Source: Fimbriosthenelais zetlandica (Eukaryota). From it: a DNA stretch of 64,000 bases. A program made the position numbers and the translations under genes. The stretch lies in contig OZ365116.1 of the NCBI GenBank assembly GCA_977030845.1, positions 2,294,001 through 2,358,000 of the forward strand, in the 5' to 3' direction. Below are positions 61,155-64,000 of the stretch, piece by piece (position 1 is the stretch's first letter; every line of letters starts with the position of its first letter). The notes beneath the pieces are model-generated. The model was not told the DNA's origin, did not search any database, and saw only the letters and a program-made list of their open reading frames with translations.

Positions 61155-62687
61155 CAAGTTTCCATAGTATAATTTAAACATTTAGATGATTGCAGCAGGG
61201 CATGTAAAAGAAGGATTGCTGCCTTTTGAAAAGAGCAGTTCATTGGATGCTGATAGCGTGTTTCCTTTTTGTCCTGGGATAGTTGAGTAACGGCTGAATG
61301 AATGTTAAACAATTATCTATTTGGTAATTGTGTGAATGTTTGAAATGTTGAACACTTCCGTGAACATGTTGAACACTTGCTTAAACATGCTTTCGTCGTG
61401 TGTTTAAGTTTAGACAGAACGTTTAGACAGCCCGTTTCAAAACAAATATTAGCCATAAGCTTAGCATTGTTAATATTCCTTTTGAAACGGGCTCCAGTAC
61501 ATGCATTGAATACATAACCCCAATGTACATACCCCGAATGTATTGGGATATAAAATGTCTGCTTAAAAGGCCAGCGTGCACTTAGAACACAAGCCAATGA
61601 TCCATTTGGGGGTAAAGAGGGCTTATCTTTTTATTGGCGGGCAGGAAAAGTCTTGATTCCCGTGTATTGGTGTGGTGATATGAAGCAGCATCTAGCTTAT
61701 AGCTATAGCCAATGCCCAGCAGACAGACTTCACATGGGCTAACACAGCTAAGTGCACTGCCCCATAACGTCAATATCCCCCTACCTCACCCCCACCCACC
61801 ATTATAAAATAGCTAAAAGTGCTGGCTAACCTTCCTATAGAAAAAAGGCCAAGTAATCGATGATAATTCTCAGGCGTAGCTGGTGGAGGCACGCACAACC
61901 AAACTGGGCACTTATACTTGTTTCCAGCCATCCCCGGATCCCCCAAAATCAGGCCCATTTCAGAGATTTCCCCATGTATAACGAGTGCCATATTTCTTGA
62001 AAAGTTTGGTAAAGAAAGGCATACAGTTAAATGAATGAGTGAATGGGTTTTCAACTGTTTAGGTCCGTATTTCTCCATACATGTAAATTGTGTCAGTTCT
62101 ATAACAAAAGTTACCTTTGCATGCATCCTTTTGCATTTCCAAGGAGTTTGATTAGAAATAGATACATTTTTTCTTGCTTTTGGCACTTCTTCTAATTGGG
62201 AAGAGCGTATATATAGGCACCCATTTTGGATAAATATTGTAGTGACGTTGCCAAGCTTTCATATCTGTACCAGCACAGCATATTGCCCGAGCAGTGAGGA
62301 GAGTGAATTCTATATAATTAATTGATGTGCTGTAATAGCTTGTGTGTGTATAAATGTGCCCCCATATGAACACTTCTCTACAAGTAATTGTTAGTGTATT
62401 AAGCAGATAAAAAACCTAAATGTCTCTTGATTTGAATGGGGGAGGGTTAGGCTAGAAATGATGTGACAGAGAATTGAGGCCACATAGAGATAGATTCATG
62501 AATGGATGGGCAAAGAGGCAGAGTGACTGTGGCATTACAGACAGACGCATGGTTTTTATGGCACTGTAAGAGAAACACTATTCAAATCATGATAATGGCC
62601 GTCCTTATTACAGGCGCAGTAAATGTCAGATAGGATGAAGTACACATTCATGCTCCCTGAAAACTCCAATACTGACTCTAGGCCTCA

Positions 62688-63090
62688 TCCCCAGTCCTCT
62701 CCCCACCCCTTCCCCAGTCCTCTCCCCACCCCTTCCCCAGTCCTCTCCCCACCGCTTCCCCAGTCCTCCCCACCCCTTCCCCAGTCCTCTCCCCATCCCT
62801 TCCCCAGTCCTCTCCCCACCCCTTCCCTAGTCCTCCCATCCCTCGACCCTCATTTTTCCCTCACCCAGTCTTCATCCCTCTTCCCATCCTCATTCCTCAT
62901 CCTCATCCCTCTTCCCAGCGCTCCCCCATTCTCATCCTCATCCCTCATCCCCAACTTCTCCCCTTCTCCCATCCTCGAAAAACTCACCCCTTCCCCTTTT
63001 CTGCCCCCTTCATCCCCAAACCCCCTAGCTACCTCTCCACCCCTCATCCTATGGAGCCCATCCCCTCCCCCCCCCCCCCCCCCCCCCCAC
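62688..63090. repeat. Pyrimidine-rich 24-bp repeat and low complexity
   Basis: CCCCAGTCCTCTCCCCACCCCTTC units, C-run at 63067-63087. Confidence 0.85.
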
Positions 63091-64000
63091 ACACCCTGCA
63101 TTCTCCATGTAGGCAGTTTTAACCGTACAAATCATCTCTATCCCGTCCTCCCCTCAAGTCACCAAAAAACCACCGAGGCAATTTCACGCTCTGAAATCTT
63201 GAAAATAGTGGAATACACTAATCCGATTCTCTATCCGGCGCCATCCGATAGCTGTCCGAAACTCTATTTCTATTCACACGAAATGCTTGTAATTTGAACA
63301 GACTTTTACACATAGGTAAGGATAGCCACTGACAAAATTTCAATCATTCGATGCCATTGGAAATCGGGGTTTGGATGGCGAATGATTGGGGAATCGGATT
63401 AGTGCATGTGTTCCAGACTTAAGGTAGGTTTGGGAGGTGTTTGTACATGAGTGAGGAGGTAATATTTAGCGAGGCTTTGTGGGGCGGGTTAAGTCCCCTA
63501 ATAGATCTATTATATAATCAGACCATGGGATTTTCATCAAATCTTCCCTCCCTCTCCAATCCGCTCGGCTCAGAGGTACAAGTCCCCCGTCCCCTCAAGC
63601 CTGGCAGTCTCCTCCCGGACCCATATTTCTTCCCCTCCTCCCGACTTTATCTTAATTGAGTTGGAAAGAAAGCACCAAGGCCTTTTGCCATTATTTATAG
63701 CCCAACAGGAAAAGGGAATTTGCTGGCCATGGAAGAAACCTATCAGTATGCTGTTTTGCGATCGTATCGAAAAAGCAAGTCAGAGCGAATTCCACCCCTT
63801 ATCCCGGCCACCCTGACAACGCCGACAAAACTATTTGCATATTAAACCACCGCTAGATAGACATCAACCCTTGTAACTTGATTTTTCCCTTCCCATTCTG
63901 TCACAAAATTGAATTTAATGAGGTATTGGACAGACAAATTGGCCTGGAAAACAGTGGGCAATGCTTTAGAGTTATCACATAAAAGGCTTGGGGGATCCCG

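Noticed and set aside
62623-63297. 224-aa Pro/Ser-rich ORF
   Set aside because: Low-complexity pyrimidine repeat.

Overview
AT-rich, repeat-laden animal (probably marine invertebrate/lophotrochozoan-like) genomic DNA; not prokaryotic, and most supplied ORFs are spurious. All protein-family assignments come from recalled motifs and manual alignment, not database searches. Hand-splicing recovers four gene units. (1) The 5' part of androglobin (ADGB) on the minus strand: seven in-phase coding exons from 26503 to 2956, continuing off the left edge, plus two large upstream phase-2 exons (27.0-27.6 kb, 29.9-30.8 kb) that could give long disordered alternative N-termini. (2) An intronless 1561-aa minus-strand gene (41450-46135) with about 8 Egalitarian-like winged-helix repeats, 3 cold-shock/OB-like domains and a multivalent TQT (LC8/dynein light chain) array, accompanied by a shorter tandem paralog (38851-39735) and a 122-bp orphan fragment (48084-48205). 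This is the best candidate for an undescribed system, a putative RNA-to-dynein adaptor family. (3) A single-coding-exon class A GPCR (52746-53963, +) with a TATA promoter and probable 5' UTR exon at 47.8-48.0 kb. (4) The last exon of a KCNMB/TipE-like two-TM channel auxiliary subunit (56612-56992, -), missed by the ORF track. Non-coding DNA holds PIF/Harbinger-, mariner- and hAT-type MITEs, foldback elements, tRNA-derived sequences and many minisatellites. Several minisatellites are anchored on splice sites, a stop codon, MITE termini or a tRNA 5' half.
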